DNA of 64,000 nucleotides from the human T2T-CHM13v2.0 reference genome, Homo sapiens (GCF_009914755.1 NC_060937.1), one strand, 5' to 3'. Shown: positions 17,672 through 37,592, numbered from the stretch's first letter. Numbers and translations: made by a program. The notes: a model not told the origin generated them from the sequence alone.

Positions 17672-19211
17672 GATCTAGGGGATTTCCTCAGGTTTGGTTT
17701 GATCTTTCCTCTAGGTTGCAGTAGATATGCAAAGCTGGACTTTTTTATTGGAGTCTTTGGGCAACGTGGTCTTTTTAGAAAATTTGGGGAATAGTCAACT
17801 GAAAATAGGATAATGAGGGAAGACAGCGTCTCCAGAAGGCTTTTTTTGGGATGAGGCGGTGAAGTCTGTTTTTTTCTTATAAACAAGACTCTGAAGACAA
17901 GGTCTGCATGTACTCAGGAGGCTCCAGCATTTGGCGGGACCGAACAATGCTTCGAAACTAGCCCGGCCGCAGAGGACGCCCAGGTGATCCAGTCCTGGGA
18001 AAACGGGGCGTTTTAAGCAGCTGTGTAAAAGTAGCGTCTACCATGGCTTTCCTTTTAACGAGATTAGTCTTGCTTTTCCCCTCCTCTTTATTTCACTGTC
18101 TGGGGGCCACCTCTTGGCTCTCATGGTAATGTGATTAGCTGGCCTGTGGCCCACACCGAGACCACTGTCACAAAGATCTCTGCTTACTTGAGTGCACCTC
18201 TCTCCTGAATGCAACATCTTGTGTTTATAGTCACAGGGGGTATTGTTAACTCTGGGATTCAAATAGAATGGGATATTTACGACAGCCTCCTACCTCCCCC
18301 ACCACCATAAAAGTTGATTCAGGGAGACATTTAGGGAAGAAATAGACAGAAGACAGATGTGTTGCCTTCCCCAGATGCTGAGGAGCCTCAATTGTTCTGC
18401 TTATGTAATGACTTTTTATGGCTGCTTGCAAATGCCTCTTTTGACTTTTAAAAAGGTGCCAAAGTCAAATATAGGTAGTTACTGAGAACGTTTTAGTAAT
18501 CTCACCGGACACTCCAGCTGGCTCAAAACTCTTCATCAGAGGATATATAATAAGCATACATCCCTTTCCCACTTCATGGATATAACTGTGGTTTCCTCTT
18601 GTTTGTATTTAAGACTGCATGTGTAGCTACAAAAAAGCAATAGTGTCTTGGACAATGAACATTTTCCCATAAATCCTTAATGGTTCAATAATTGTTTTAA
18701 AGGCAATTTATATAATTACAGCAAGAAGAAAATGAAGTTAATGGAGATTGCGGACCTCCACTTCTTTTCTTTTAATGCAAATCAATACATCCAGTTATCT
18801 CTGAAGGACAAATTTGATTTCAGTGATTTTGATAATTTAGGTTAAATTGAATAGGAAAATGTCCAGGACAGTGAGAGTTTTCCTGTCCACAATGCTGTAT
18901 TTTCATCAGCTTTTGGCCTCTCACTTTAGAGACGTTCTGCTTAAACACTCTCACGCTAGATGTGATCCCAGCACACGGGTCAGCATTGTGCACCTCAGCC
19001 TTGACTTGGGAGGGATGTGTAGGAGGGTACTGGGTGCTCCACAGACCTGCGTCCACTGTTACTTCTCTCCTTCAGAGCCTGCAGCTGAGAAGCAAATCCG
19101 CAACTGATAGACAAATGGCAAGACAGGGCAGAGTGCTGGAGTACATGCTTCCCAAGAACAGAACTCACTCTTCGCCTATGAGCCTAGTGCAAATGTCTTC
19201 TCACCTTTGAA

Positions 19212-19391
19212 CAGTAATGGTAAATGTTTAACAACTAGCTCTTTGGGGAGAAAAAGAATAAGGCCTGCTTTGTTGTGTTTGCCATTCCTGTGGTGTAAAC
19301 ACTCCCCTGTGGCTGATTCCAAGCCACCACGGTGACGTTGCTGAACCTGGGGTTGGGAAGAGAGGTGGGCACTGGCTTCAGCATGCCTCTG
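19212..19391 (+). mobile_element. MER63A-like (hAT-Blackjack)
   Basis: ggtaaatgtttaacaactagctct...gtggtgtaaacactccc matches recalled MER63 consensus. Confidence 0.65.
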
Positions 19392-19616
19392 CATGCACTT
19401 CCGCTTTTTTCTGCTTAAATTATTGGTTAGATGCCCATACGCTCATCCTTTCAGGGAGACTGTAAGCATGGTGAAGGCAAAGGGAGTGTGCTATAGTCCC
19501 TGCATCATTCACAGTGCCAGGCACAGTGCCCCACAATACAAAGTCCTCCATAAATTGTCACTCAATTGCATCACTACACTACTTGTATTGTTGCAATTGT
19601 TGGTATTGTTAGTTAA

Positions 19617-20261
<645 letters not shown>

Positions 20262-23032
20262 TAACATTTATTCTTATAAGAGCTTCACTTGCATTATTTC
20301 ATTTGGTGATGACAAACATAAGCATGTATTAGAGAGAATATGTTGGTTGAAAGAACTGAAGAGTTGCTATCAGAGTTGTCCTCATTCGATGTCTGGAAAC
20401 CAGGAAAGAATGTTTATTTATATTCTCACCTCGTCTCCTCTTGCTCTTCCCTGCTTCCCAGAGCACTTTCTTCCTCCCTGTTCTCTTTCCTCTTCCCACC
20501 CATTGCTTGTCTTCTCTCTTTTTAATTTTTGTGTATATATAAATATTTGCAAATAATTCTCAATCATTAGAGTGAAAACATTTTTCTTTATTCCACTTAC
20601 AATGATCAACGTCATCCTCTTGCAAAAACAAATCTTTTGTGTGTTTCCCTTATCAAGTAGTTAGGGGAATCCAAATATCTTCTCAAATCAAATCTTATAA
20701 CCCTCCTGGCCTTGAAGCCCCAGAACGCCAGACAAAGGATGAGCCAGAAAGGGCGATGACAGGACCACGTTTCTTTCAGGCCTTTGCCAACCTGCGAAGG
20801 TTCTCTGGACAGTGCTCTGAAGGGGATTCGAAGGTTCAGTGACCCAGGAGCCCAGAGACTTGAGGTATCATTTCAGCTGAACTACGGAATTACTTAACTT
20901 TGGGGAAATCATTTCCCCCATATTCATTCAACATTGGAAAAACTTCCATGTTCTAATTTATGTATCAATCACTTGGGAATAACAACACGTTTTCTTATAG
21001 GTCTTTTTTCTTTTGTCAGTTTCAAATATATGAGTTTGTGCTTTAAAAGCATGAGGTACGGCATATGCCCATGTACACAGAATGTGAGAGCCTCGGATAT
21101 TGTACACACATTGAAATGAAGTATTATTCTTTGCACTTTAGACAAGAAAGTCTAAAGTATATGGCTGATACAGACATATAGGTATTTTACCATACTGATC
21201 CAAACTTGTAAAATACTTCTCATTAGCATCGAGAGTATTTATTGAATATCCAGTTTTCATTTTTGTTGTGTGCTGGGCCCAGCAGTAAAGGCGACGTTTT
21301 GTCTTTGAGTATAGTGGGGAGCCATGTGACCAAAAAGTGGAAACACGTTTGGCTGAACCCATGACTCATGTCCTAGGAGATGCTGTCAATGCCAGCTCCT
21401 GTAGGTGACATCTCAGCTACATTGCCCCACATTTCTGGATTGGGCAAATGTGACAGAAATGTCCAGTTTCTGTTAAAGTTTTTTCCTGTGTTTTTATTAA
21501 TTTAGGCTGGTGTTGCTATAACATATAACTTTATCCTCAGATATTGAAATTTGGCCAAAATATAGATGGGACTATTTAAACAAGATTTTTATTTCAACTA
21601 TTTTAGTCACTTGCCCATATGTATTTTTGGCATACATTCAGAGAATCATTTTCCACTTTAGGTTAAGCACTATTTAGTCAGTAACTTGTTGAATGAATGA
21701 TATTCTAGATTCACAGGTAGTCTCCTCAAAATGCTGCTACGAGAGCTGTCATTTTATTCAGGAAGGGGGTCCAGGAAGGGGTCACGTCTCATCCTCCTCA
21801 TCCACTAGTCTCAGGACTTCCAGTTTTTAAGACAAATGTACTCATTGTGGCCCAACAGGAGACACCTGCCTAAGCTTGTAAAAGAGTCTTGTTCAAATAA
21901 CCAGTTTTATATTCTTGGCCCATTGGAGAACTCTGCCGCCACCTGGGCTGGTGCAGGGATGAAGGACTGAAGCATATTCCAGATAAAGTATGCTCACCTG
22001 TCTTGTCTTACTGGGCTCACAGCCTCCCCAGAAACAGGGGAGAAGTGACTGTTCTGTTAGGATACCCATAAAACACACATGGGTAGGGAGGTGCCGAGGA
22101 AGCAGACCCCAGAAAGCAGGATTCAGTGAGCCACTGGGAGGTGTAGGCAAATCTCAAAATCCATCAGTCCATTGCTCCCTGCACCCTGGTCACTACCAAA
22201 ATGGGTCAAGTTGAGAGCTAGGTTTACTAGAAACAAAGGAACATTTAAAACTCATCAATGAAGCCCAGCCGGCAAGAAATGCAGAAGCATTTCAAAAACC
22301 AAAATGCATTTCCTGTTAAAAGACCTTTTCCTTAAAGCAGTTGTGTCAAGGCACCATCTGGGCACAAAGACACGAGTCTATTTGGAAGTACACAAAGGCT
22401 ATCAGTGTCGATGTTATTCAGACTGTGAGTAACAGTTCCATTCCTGCCAATGCTGTCTTCATTCTTCCTTCTCCAGGTAGGTCCCTCTTGGAAACCAAAC
22501 TGGTGGATCTCAAAAGGTTGCCGTTTCCCCTGACTTAAAGAAAGGAAGTTAGGCCTCTGCCCACTTTGTTCGGGCTTCTTAAGTCAAGAATTGTTTGTTG
22601 GTTTGTTGTTGTTCAACTTATTATTAAATATTATTGAATAGATGGTGCTTATTTAAATATATTTTTTCTGTAGCATTTTCCAAAGGGCAGATTTTTAGCA
22701 CTCAAAACTTCAAGATGGCTTCCAAATTTATATAGGCATTTTTATCTCAAGGAGATCCCAGATGAGAGCTCCTCTGAGAAAAGAATATTTTCAAAGTCTT
22801 TATTTCCTTACTGAAATAACCTGGGGTAGGAATTGGAACCTGGAACAGGTCAGAAACAGCCCTTAATGGAAGCAGGGCAAGGAAACAGGGCCCGTCCACC
22901 TCCAGCACCCTCACTCATTCCAACAAAAAAGTGGAAGCAAAAGATGGAAGGAATGTTTTTGTCTTATTTCTAAATGAATGGATCCTTTTTGAAAGAAATT
23001 CAGATCCGCTGTCATTAAAAATCAGATAACAT

Positions 23033-23855
<823 letters not shown>

Positions 23856-24973
23856 TTAAAAATCCACATTTGGCCAATAAAAGGACTCATACAGTTACTA
23901 GCATGGAGGAAAAAAGCATTTTTAGTCATTGGATCGGTATCATAAAATGTATAAATCATGTATACATGTCCTTGGAAATGTCCTTTGGTATTGGAATTTG
24001 AGTTTTATGATCTGCTTATAACTAAAGTTTCTGGTTAAGTTTTTAAGGGAGAGAAAATGAAAAGCTTTCAAAGCCAACACCTTGTTTCTCAGGACATACC
24101 CCAGGGCAGAGTTTTATGACTGCACTAGGCTTTTAGTCACTGGCTGGCACTTTCCTCCTAATTCTCAAAATGCTTCCAGCACTTCCTCTTTATGGTGGGG
24201 CTGGGCTTCCGGCACCTCCAGAAGTGCAGACTTGCCCAGCCCATCTTGGCTGTAGACAGACTGCTTAGCCACAGCTCGGCCCAGAGTGGGACACCCTCAG
24301 TGACTGTGCCAAGGGGAGTAGGAATGGGAAACAAGGAAAAACCAGGCTTTCCTAAACCACTGCTGCACTCAATGGTGTGCCGAGGCTGGCTGGCATAGGC
24401 TGGCAAGCATCTTCACGAATCTAAATATTATATTTAGTAAGTTCCCAGTTATTAAACATAGCCACTGTTGATAATTAAGTTTTATAAAGGTACGCTGAAA
24501 TAAGGTATATAAAAAACAAAGGTAAAATGCTCAAAGCTCATTACTTCCTAATTTGTTTTTTGCTGCATTGTATTACAATTTACGTTCTTGAGGTTACTTA
24601 GGCTACTGAAGGTGTATGGTAGGAATACTATAGAAAGGTGTATTACTGTGAATCTTTCCCCAACTCTGAGGTCAGTGATGCCTGTCAGTAGACTGAAATC
24701 AGCCATGGTGGGAATGTTTACCAGAACAAGGGCAAACACTGCAAGCCAGGGCTTGATGGTTTAGTTGATTGCCTGGACTTAAGAAAGTGATGGAGAAAAT
24801 GTTAATGATGCAAATTAAACTTAAAACTGTAATGTTCATAGCCATTACATTGCAGATTGCTTAAACATTGAAAATACTTTCTTCTAGCTTTTGAAAATAC
24901 TATCTGATTTGGCAAAACAGTCACATCATTGATAAAGGACTGAAATTTTGACATAGTCTTTGTTATTTCACAC

Positions 24974-25279
<306 letters not shown>

Positions 25280-25280
25280 T

Positions 25281-25389
25281 AGACTAGTCAAGTGCAGGAG
25301 TGAGAAGGAGGAAAGTGTAGAATAAAGAGTTGGATCTGTAACTAACTATGAACTATCGGTTGAGATAACTCACTACCTTTCGATCACCC
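25281..25389 (-). pseudogene. Y1 RNA (RNY1) processed pseudogene with poly(A) tail 25267-25280
   Basis: Reverse complement GGGTGATCGAAAGGTAGTGAGTTATCTCAA...TTCTCACTCCTGCACTTGACTAGTCT aligns end to end with hY1. Confidence 0.92.
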
Positions 25390-27907
25390 ACTTTTGTCTT
25401 ACTCTTAAACAAAATGACAACTAACATTTATGTTGGAACCGCACTTGTTCATCAATTGCAACTACAGTTTGGCTATGGATACAAGATTCAACAAAAATCA
25501 ACTGAAAGCATTTAGTGAGAGTCGGTTATATGGGATTTGTGATTAAGAGTATTGTATATTTAATTGTATGTTTATTTGTAAGTTGCACATCACACATCTG
25601 TATCAACATTTATAATAAACATATATTAAACACGCACACACACAGACACACTTTTTACCCCTGAAAGCTGGCTGCAAACATCTCTACTAGCACACCACTG
25701 CATACACTGGTGTAATGTAATTCCAGACTTCTAGGACTGGAGCCTGCAAAACTTTTTTGACAGCACCCTACTTTGACAAGCCAGAAACCTCATGGCCTAC
25801 CTCCCTCATTCACTTTCCATATGGCGTAGGAAAAGGGATGCCCACATACATCTGGCAGAATCACATACATTTTTCATTTGGCAATAGCGGCATGCGTGGT
25901 TCATATTTGAACCTAGTGTGTTTATGTGTTCAAGTGTAGTTACCAGAACAGCATAGGCAGATGCTAGAATATACCATCACACACTAACCAGACAACACAC
26001 AGTGAACTAAGTTGGCAATAAAGACACAAAACCAACTGTAAGTTATAATTCAAAAGCAAGAAAAGCAGCACTTATAAAGCATGACAACCTCAAGACAGCA
26101 CTAATAGCAAATTGTTCCTCTTCCAAACTGCAGGAATTCCAACTATGCTGCATATGTGGGCCACAGAGCTAAGCCGTGCACAGCAGCCAGATCTCTGGGA
26201 AGGAACTGAAGTTAAACCCTTGGTAAATGCTAGTTCTGTGCTAGTTTTAGTGTGTGAATAATAAGCTGTACCGACTCCTAATGACTCACTTCTTAGGTCA
26301 CAAATACTTAGGCTTATATAAAAATGAAAGTGTCTGGAACTGCCTGTCATTGACACAATAGGCATGCAAAAAGAACCTGAGTGATCTGCTTAGCAGGAGG
26401 CAGGCTGGGCATTGGGTTAGCAGTACTGGCTCTAGAGAATTCTACCGCATAACTGATATCTTACACAGAACAGCTCTCTTCCTGGCTTGGGCTTCACTAA
26501 GGCCATTTCTAATCACCACCAAGTTTGATTTCAACTTTGGAGTCAATGCAATCCTTGTGCTAAATGAGATCCTTCCTGGTAGTTACTGGCACTGTCTGGC
26601 ATATTTGTGGAAGCATTAACTCCTTGAGGTAGTCAATTAGTTGCTGCTGGAGCTAAGTCCACGACAGAATTTCTGCAGTCAGCTCTAGGCAGGCCCACCT
26701 CCTGCCACACTGCTCTCCAGGCACATGGAAGGGTTTCCCTCACCACCAGTTTACTCCTGGGGCCTAGCTCGGTCTCAGGCAGGAGAGCACTCAGGAAGAC
26801 AGCCATATATCACTCCACTCGAGGCTGCCTCTGGTCTGGAAATTGTGGGTCTGCTTCACCGTGTGCTGTAAAGAGCTTATCTTTCCGTTTATTTGTTTCT
26901 CCAGATCGAAACAGCATTGGCAGAGGGACAGAGCCAGCACCGGGACTGACCAGGAGCTGTTCCTCCTTCGCCTCATTTTAGAGTTGATTTGGGGGTTAAA
27001 GGTTACGCTTTTTGAGAGAGGTAGTAAAACATTAATTATGGGTAAAGTTCTTTCTCTCTTGCTCCATAGATTAACTGGCTGATCCTGTTTGCTCTATGAA
27101 GTGAACCATATTTGCTAAGGGTAATTTGAAATCGGCAGTGCAAATGGCCCCCTGACTTCCTCCTGCTGTTGGGCACTGTGCTGAGGTGAGTGCTGCAGGG
27201 CTCATGGTCATCAAGTCCCCCCAGTGGGACAAATACTGCATATCTTGTGAGAACCACTGGATTACTAAGATGTTAGCAGCCCCATGGACTTCCCGGAGCC
27301 TGTCCCTCATCAGGAAATGTGCCATCTAACGCATGCACATCAGTTCACAGTGATGCACAGTAAAACCGAAAGCCAAGGGTCTGATTAACTGGCATCACTG
27401 AAGGCTCTGGTTTTATTCCCATCCTGGGTGACCTGGGAGCATCCTTCAGATTGTGCATCTAGGGTATGATGGGTTTATTTGTTCATCACCGTCTTCCTCG
27501 GGTGTAGAGCAGGGTCTGGCATGGAGCAGGCGTTCCGTATTTGCTGAGCGAACACACAGATCGTATGACCTGCTCTACACCTGTTGCTTGCTGCCTTCAC
27601 GTCACTTACGGTCTCACTGGGGAGATGTGAGTGTTACACGTGAGACCATGAGACAGCAGGAAAAGACTAGCAGAGCCAGGAGCTAAAACATGGGCAAGGC
27701 CAGCAGGTCCCGGCAGGAAGTCTGCGGGCTCTGAGGCCCTCGTGGGCACAGGGCTGAGGTTGGGCAGGCGCCTCCGCGTCTGCTGGGCAAAGATCAGGTT
27801 GGCGCCGGGGTGGGAGGCTGGACAGGTGTGGAGGAGCAGGAAACACATTCCAGGTTTCCCTAAGGAAATGGGAAAAACCAGTTGTTTTAAAAATTGAACT
27901 GAATTCT

Positions 27908-28011
27908 TTCTTTTTTTCTTTTTTTTTTTTTTTTGAGATGGAGTCTTGCTCTGTCACCAAGGCTGGAGTGCTGTGGTGTGATCTCGGCTCACTGCAACCT
28001 CCACCCGCTGG
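27908..28011 (-). mobile_element. Severely 5'-truncated Alu
   Basis: About 75 nt of Alu 3' end plus tail; 19-bp TSD aaaaattgaactgaattct. Confidence 0.88.
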
Positions 28012-29506
28012 AAAAATTGAACTGAATTCTGTCTTAACCAACTTCCAGGGCATGGCCAAAGTCATCTGTAGCAGAGTATCCCCATGGACTGGGTTTGGGA
28101 CTGTAACTTAGTGCCTGGAAACATTGGTACCAAGCTGAGGCTCTTATGGTTCCATTGTTCGTGGTCTTGAGACTTGGCCTTCATAAACACAGCTCAGCAA
28201 AGGCGTCGTTATTGGGCAGGCCACTGCAAACTTGCCCAAATCTGTGGAAGCACCTGGTGAATCCCGAGCACTCTCTAAGCAGAGTGAGAAGAACCCTGAA
28301 GCCACATTTTTGAAGTGTCTCTTATGAGCGTTGAAGATGGGGGCATCTGCTGAGCTTATGCAGGAGGCTGTTTGCTTATTTGAGGGCTGAAGTTTGTATG
28401 AAGACTGGCGGTGCGTGTGTATCACCAGTCGTAGCCGAAGCAACTTGGGGAGGCTTTTCACGGTTGTTCAAGCTGTTTATAACAGCTGTGTATCCACAGG
28501 TGACACTAGTGCTTGGAGCAGCAGAGGAGCCATGCTTGGGCAGCAGCTGCTTTGTAATCCATGCACTGAAATTCTGTCCCCTGTGCTGGGTGGGGATGCT
28601 CTCTGTGGTGTCATTGAACTCAGTGTGTGTTGTTGCTGTTTGCAATGTGCTCAATGGCTCAGATGCAATGATGGATGCTTCCAGGAGAGGCAACATGAGT
28701 CCTTGAATCATACAAATTCATATTCCACAGCCTCATGAAGTCATCTCTGCTGAATCAGGTTTCTCCCTGACATGGAGGGTGTGGCCACACAGCATCTGAC
28801 AGCATGGAGAGAGCAATCAGACTAATTTCTTATTATGTTCTAACAATATAAAAAATCCAAACTGCATAATTGAGGCAAATAATAAATCTTTCTGGACCAT
28901 GATTACCCAATTTGACTGTTTACTTTAATCAAATCACAAAATAATGATCGAATTTGGATTTAATTATGTGCCTATAAAGATAACCAAGAAGCAAATGTAA
29001 GTAACTGTCAGTCAAAGTCTTCTCAGACAATAGCTCGCATTACAACACGCCAATTACATTTTTATCAGGTAGTTAAGTTAATTACCTGTGGTAAATGTGT
29101 TAGTGGGACAAGTGTAGATTGCTGTAAACATTTGCTGACCACTTTAAAATGCTGCTGGACCATATGGGAGGATTCAAGGGTACAATAGCATGCAGATGTA
29201 TTTACACCTGCTAATGCCATATAAAATCCAATAAAGTGTTCATGGTGAAACCTGTGTGTCTTTTTTTCCACCACAAGATGGCTCTGTGGTGGTTTCTTCT
29301 CAGAAACCACATGGGTGGCAGGACAAATTCATGGTTGTGAAGTAGCACACACACTCTGGGCAATGGTGTTGTCGAAACTGGACATTTGGTTTGAACCAGT
29401 GACTTCAGCCTCCCTTCCTTGCTGAGAGAAACCTCTCCTTCCCACCCTCTCCCCCAAGCACCCGGTGCCTTTGGCTTCCCTCTGTCGGAGGCTAAAACAG
29501 CATCTG

Positions 29507-29820
<314 letters not shown>

Positions 29821-30559
29821 ACCAGCATCTGGATCCTTCTGTGTTGGCAGGGACTTTGCCTATTTCGTTCATCACTGTCTTCCCAGTGCTTACAGCAGTG
29901 CCTGAAACTGCGCTTAGAAATTTGGGGTGTGCCAGTGGAGGCTGCAGTACCCATGGGAGTCAGTGTCAATTCCAGGTTGTATCCACCTCCATTTCAGGGT
30001 GCACTGCCTGAAATTCATTCCCTGCATGGAAGGGTGGTCAAGCTTTATATAATTTTAATATACAACTTCTTTCATTTGTCTATTTATATTAAGATAATTC
30101 CTTTCCAAAGTCCCCAACCCTGTGTAGTTCAAAACTTACTTTCAGTTGGGAATAAGTCAGCCTTATTCACATTTCTTCACCTACCATTCCCAGGCAGGAC
30201 TGATTGCTGTCAGTTCTTTTTCTCAGGAAGTCTGTGGACTTATCTCAGCCTCTTCAAAATATTTTCTTTTTCTGCCAACCTAAAGCTTTCCACAACAGTT
30301 TTACTGCACTTGACTGTTTGCAGTGCCTAGTATGTGTTAACTTATTCAATTCTCCCCATGGCTTCTTGCCTCTGCTCAATCAGTTACCATTCAATTTTTG
30401 CTTTCCAGCATCCAAAAATGTTGTTGCTACAGTCTCTTGTCTCTGGTTCATTTGTCCTTCTGGGGTAATATGCTTTTTTGAAAAAGGACCTCACCATTAC
30501 TTATTTGAGGGTTCAGAGGAAGCACAAGTAAATGCTTATATTCAATCCAACATCTTTTA

Positions 30560-30750
30560 TAAGGAGCCCAAAGTGAGCCCTTTGCATGTAGTGTCATTGA
30601 CTCATCACAATAATCCTGCACTGTTATTATCCTCATTTCCCAGATGAGGAAACTGAGGTACTGAAAAGTTGAATAACTTGCCAAGACCCCACCGTCAGGA
30701 AGTGGGACAGAACTAGAATCCAATTCCAGGCAGTCTGACTCCAGCATTTA
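30560..30750 (-). mobile_element. MIR SINE
   Basis: cagatgaggaaactgagg core. Confidence 0.8.
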
Positions 30751-30909
30751 TCATTTTTTCTCTAGAAGAGGGGAGGTGCTAGAAATAGAAAACTGACTGA
30801 AGGTCTGTTTAAGAAGTAGTTAGACCCCTAAGCACACTGCACACACATGCATGCATGCATACATACACACAGAGACACACACTCTGTACGGATTTTCTTC
30901 TATTTACCA

Positions 30910-31384
30910 TGTTAGTGAGGGGGGATCTTCTGCCCTAAACAGTATAAGATGGCTGAACACATGACACCCAGCACTGGGCTGATGAGATGACAACAGTTCA
31001 TCAGTCACACATACTCAAACAGCCAGGGGAGGAGGACGCCACACACTGTGCAGGGCCACACAGCGGCGGCACTGGATGAACCAGTAGGGGCTGTGAGAGG
31101 AGGCTTTGTAGTAACAGGAGGATGAGGTGCTCCCTGGTTTCCAGGGGAGGATGTGATTGGTTTGTTTGAATAATTCCACAGACTGGCAAGGAGGTGAAGC
31201 CTGTTAGGTGGAGGATCAGGTGGAGTGCTGCTGGTCTGGCTGAGAGGGGAACTGGCCAGGTGGAGGAGATTTGTTGCTCGGGGGAGCATATCTGGCCAGA
31301 GCAGGGAAACTCATAGTCAGGCCTTTGGGGCCCTGTGAGGCTCTAAGACATCATGCAGCACATGACATTTTAGGTCTTACAACA
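30910..31384 (-). mobile_element. ERVL solo LTR (MER73/74-like)
   Basis: TG...CA ends; recalled similarity only. Confidence 0.5.
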
Positions 31385-31762
31385 TGCAACAACACACACA
31401 CAAATGCCCTCACTCCTCACTGTGGGTAATTTCACCTTTCTATTTCCAGAAGAAGCCTGGAGATAGTTATACCCAATGAAGACGTAAAAGCACCGGGTCT
31501 CTGGATTGATGGGAATGGTACAGTTGAGGGTACAGAAACTAAGGAAAAGTTTATACAATGAACAGGGCAACCCCCACTCTCTTTCCCCACAACTAGCAGC
31601 CAGCAGAACGCAATGTGCAGGGACTTGAGGGCTGTGACCACCCCAAGAGGAAAGCCCTACAGACACCGGGGCTGCCAATGAAACAGCCCAGCTCTTGGTC
31701 ATCACTCATGAGTCCAGGGCTTCAATTAGTTTTTAATTAAATATGAGAAAGCAGCCAGGGAT

Positions 31763-32550
<788 letters not shown>

Positions 32551-32559
32551 CACCAAATA

Positions 32560-33800
<1,241 letters not shown>

Positions 33801-34274
33801 GGCAAAGGGAAGCCCATGGAAAATGAGGAAAGGGGATCCCAGGATAAGGGCTCTGTAGCAGGTTCTGGGAGCTCCCAGTCCACATGGGAACAGGTCAGAA
33901 GTGCTCCAGGAGAGGCCAGGTGTGGTGGCTCATGCCTGTAATCCAAGCACTTTGGGAGGCTGAGACAGGCAGATCACTTGAAGTCAGGAGTTCAAGAAGT
34001 GCTCCAAGAGAAATTTCTCCCAAAGGTAAAATTGGTCAAATACCTGATGCAATATTGAGTTGCGATTCAGATAAGTTGAATTTGTGATAAATGTATAAGA
34101 CACAAAAGAACAGATAAACGAACAAAAAAAAATTTTAAACTCTGGGTAAAATAAAATGTTTTTCAAGAAGGAAAGAGAAATCACAGTTTACCACCTACAT
34201 AGCACTGATGTAATCATATTAGTACATATAAATACTGAAGACTGGTCTAACTAAAATTATGGCATAATCCCAGC

Positions 34275-34835
<561 letters not shown>

Positions 34836-36306
34836 CCCTAGTATTGTTTTATAATCATATTAGGAAAATGGAGAGAAAGAGGTGAGCTAAGGGTGGGGGT
34901 GAGGATGGAGGGTGGGAACTTAATTGTCTGTCATATTCCATAGAGGAAAATAAATAGAAATGCCTAAAACTGAAAAATCAGGAAGCAGCACTATAGGAAT
35001 ATTATTTAGAGATCTGAAGGAACATAGGGGGAAAAAAAGCTAAAACGAATGTAGAATGAATGGTTGCTTCTGGAGAACAAGAAACTGAAGGGAATCCAGG
35101 GGATGATGGCACATTGTTTTTCACAATAAGCTTTATAAAATGATTTGACTCTGAGTTCCCCAGAAGCAGACCCTGAGATGGAGATTGGTGCGCAAGTGAT
35201 TTACTAAGAAAGTGCTCCCAGGGGAAACTGGTAAGGGCAGGAGAAGCGCATCCCAGACTGCACCAGACCCTGCTCCAGCTCCAGGCAAGGCTGCCAGGCT
35301 TTGTCACTCCCTCCAGCACCTCTGGAGGGCCAGGCACTGAGATGGAGAGGGCCAAGGGCACCAAGGGCCACAGGTGGAAAGTCTCCTGCACCCCAGGGCA
35401 CCCAGAAGGCTGGTGACATACCTCTGAGATGTAAGAGGATCTGAGAGGGTTTGGGTGGTGACCTCGAAATACCTACGAGTCCTAAAATATAGTTCAATAT
35501 GCTGCAATTTGCATCTCCCAGCCAGACTTTTCCAGATTTGTACATCACATGGGATTGGCAATAAACCCAACTTGTTCAACCACAGGGGGTCCCAGAGATC
35601 TGTGCTGGTGGGTGCTGATGTGCAGCTTCCCAGGAAGATATACTTTGCTTTTCCAGGTACCCAACACTTTGTGTGCCTTCAAGCTTGAAGGAGAGGAATG
35701 ATTGTGGGGTAGGGTTCTTTCTTGAACCCCCAAATTCATTCCATGGAGACAGCCACTCACTACTTCTAGGTGGGCATTAATGTTATGAGTGGGCTACACT
35801 CTGGAGATTAATTCTTGTTGTTTATTGCCACTGCTATATAATTTATTCAAGTAAAAACAGTAGTGTTTCAGTAAAGTCAATTTTAGAATAATTATAATAT
35901 TCAGAAAGTTTTTTTTTTTGCAAATACAGACAGCAACAAAAATAACTTTGAAAGAGAAAAACTGGCCCTTTAATTTTCTCCAGAGGACTATAACCTAAAT
36001 TTCTCCCAGATTTACATGCTTTCATTTATTAAGCAAAATAAACTAAACAGAAGCTTAATTAAAAGTTTGTATGTGATATGAACAAAGTTCACATGAAGTC
36101 TGTCTTTACCAATCCTGCTATAAATGAGTGACCTCACACTCTAATGTTTTAAATACTTTTTACCACTAATATGGCACTGGCCCCAGTTGTCTCAATGCCT
36201 TTAATAGACAGCGAGGAGCTGGAAGGTTCTGTGGCACATGCCCTGAGCATCGCCTTGGGGCTGGCACAGCATGCCACACGGAGATGCCCAAAAAACATCT
36301 GAAAGA

Positions 36307-36667
<361 letters not shown>

Positions 36668-36871
36668 TCACCGCTACCATAAGCAAATGTCTTTCTGTGG
36701 CAGTCGCTGAGGGAGGCGAAGTCACGGGTAAGACAACCACCTGCTTACGCACAGGATTCCTTGTCACAAACGATCCCATGGGAGGACAGGCTCCCTTCCA
36801 GAGGATCCTGGGTCACCCACCTTTGGGATGCTGAAGGAAGGTACTGAGCTGGAAACAGTCACCAGCTCTAG

Positions 36872-37263
<392 letters not shown>

Positions 37264-37344
37264 AAGATCTAAAATTTCACATCATGTTGTTGTCCCCATT
37301 CTATCTCAGCTGCCCTAAGTTACTTTTGAAAAATTTTTTTTTTC

Positions 37345-37592
37345 TGCATGCCATGGCTCATGCCTGTAGTCCCAGCACTATGGGAGGCCAAGGTGGGAGG
37401 ATCACTTGAACCCAGGAGTTTGAGATCAGCCTGAGGAACACAGTGTGACCCCATCTCCACAAAAAAATTTAAAAGACAACCATGCAGCTGTAGTCCCAGC
37501 TACTGAGGAGGATGAGGCAGGAGGATTGCTTGAACCTAGAAGTTCAAGGCTGCAGTGAGCCATGATCACTACTGTACTAGAGTCTGTCTTGA
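37345..37592 (+). mobile_element. Degenerate AluJ
   Basis: Alu motifs with deletions. Confidence 0.8.

Noticed and set aside
17960-17985. CTCF-like GCCGCAGAGGACGC
   Set aside because: Three mismatches to the core consensus; insufficient alone
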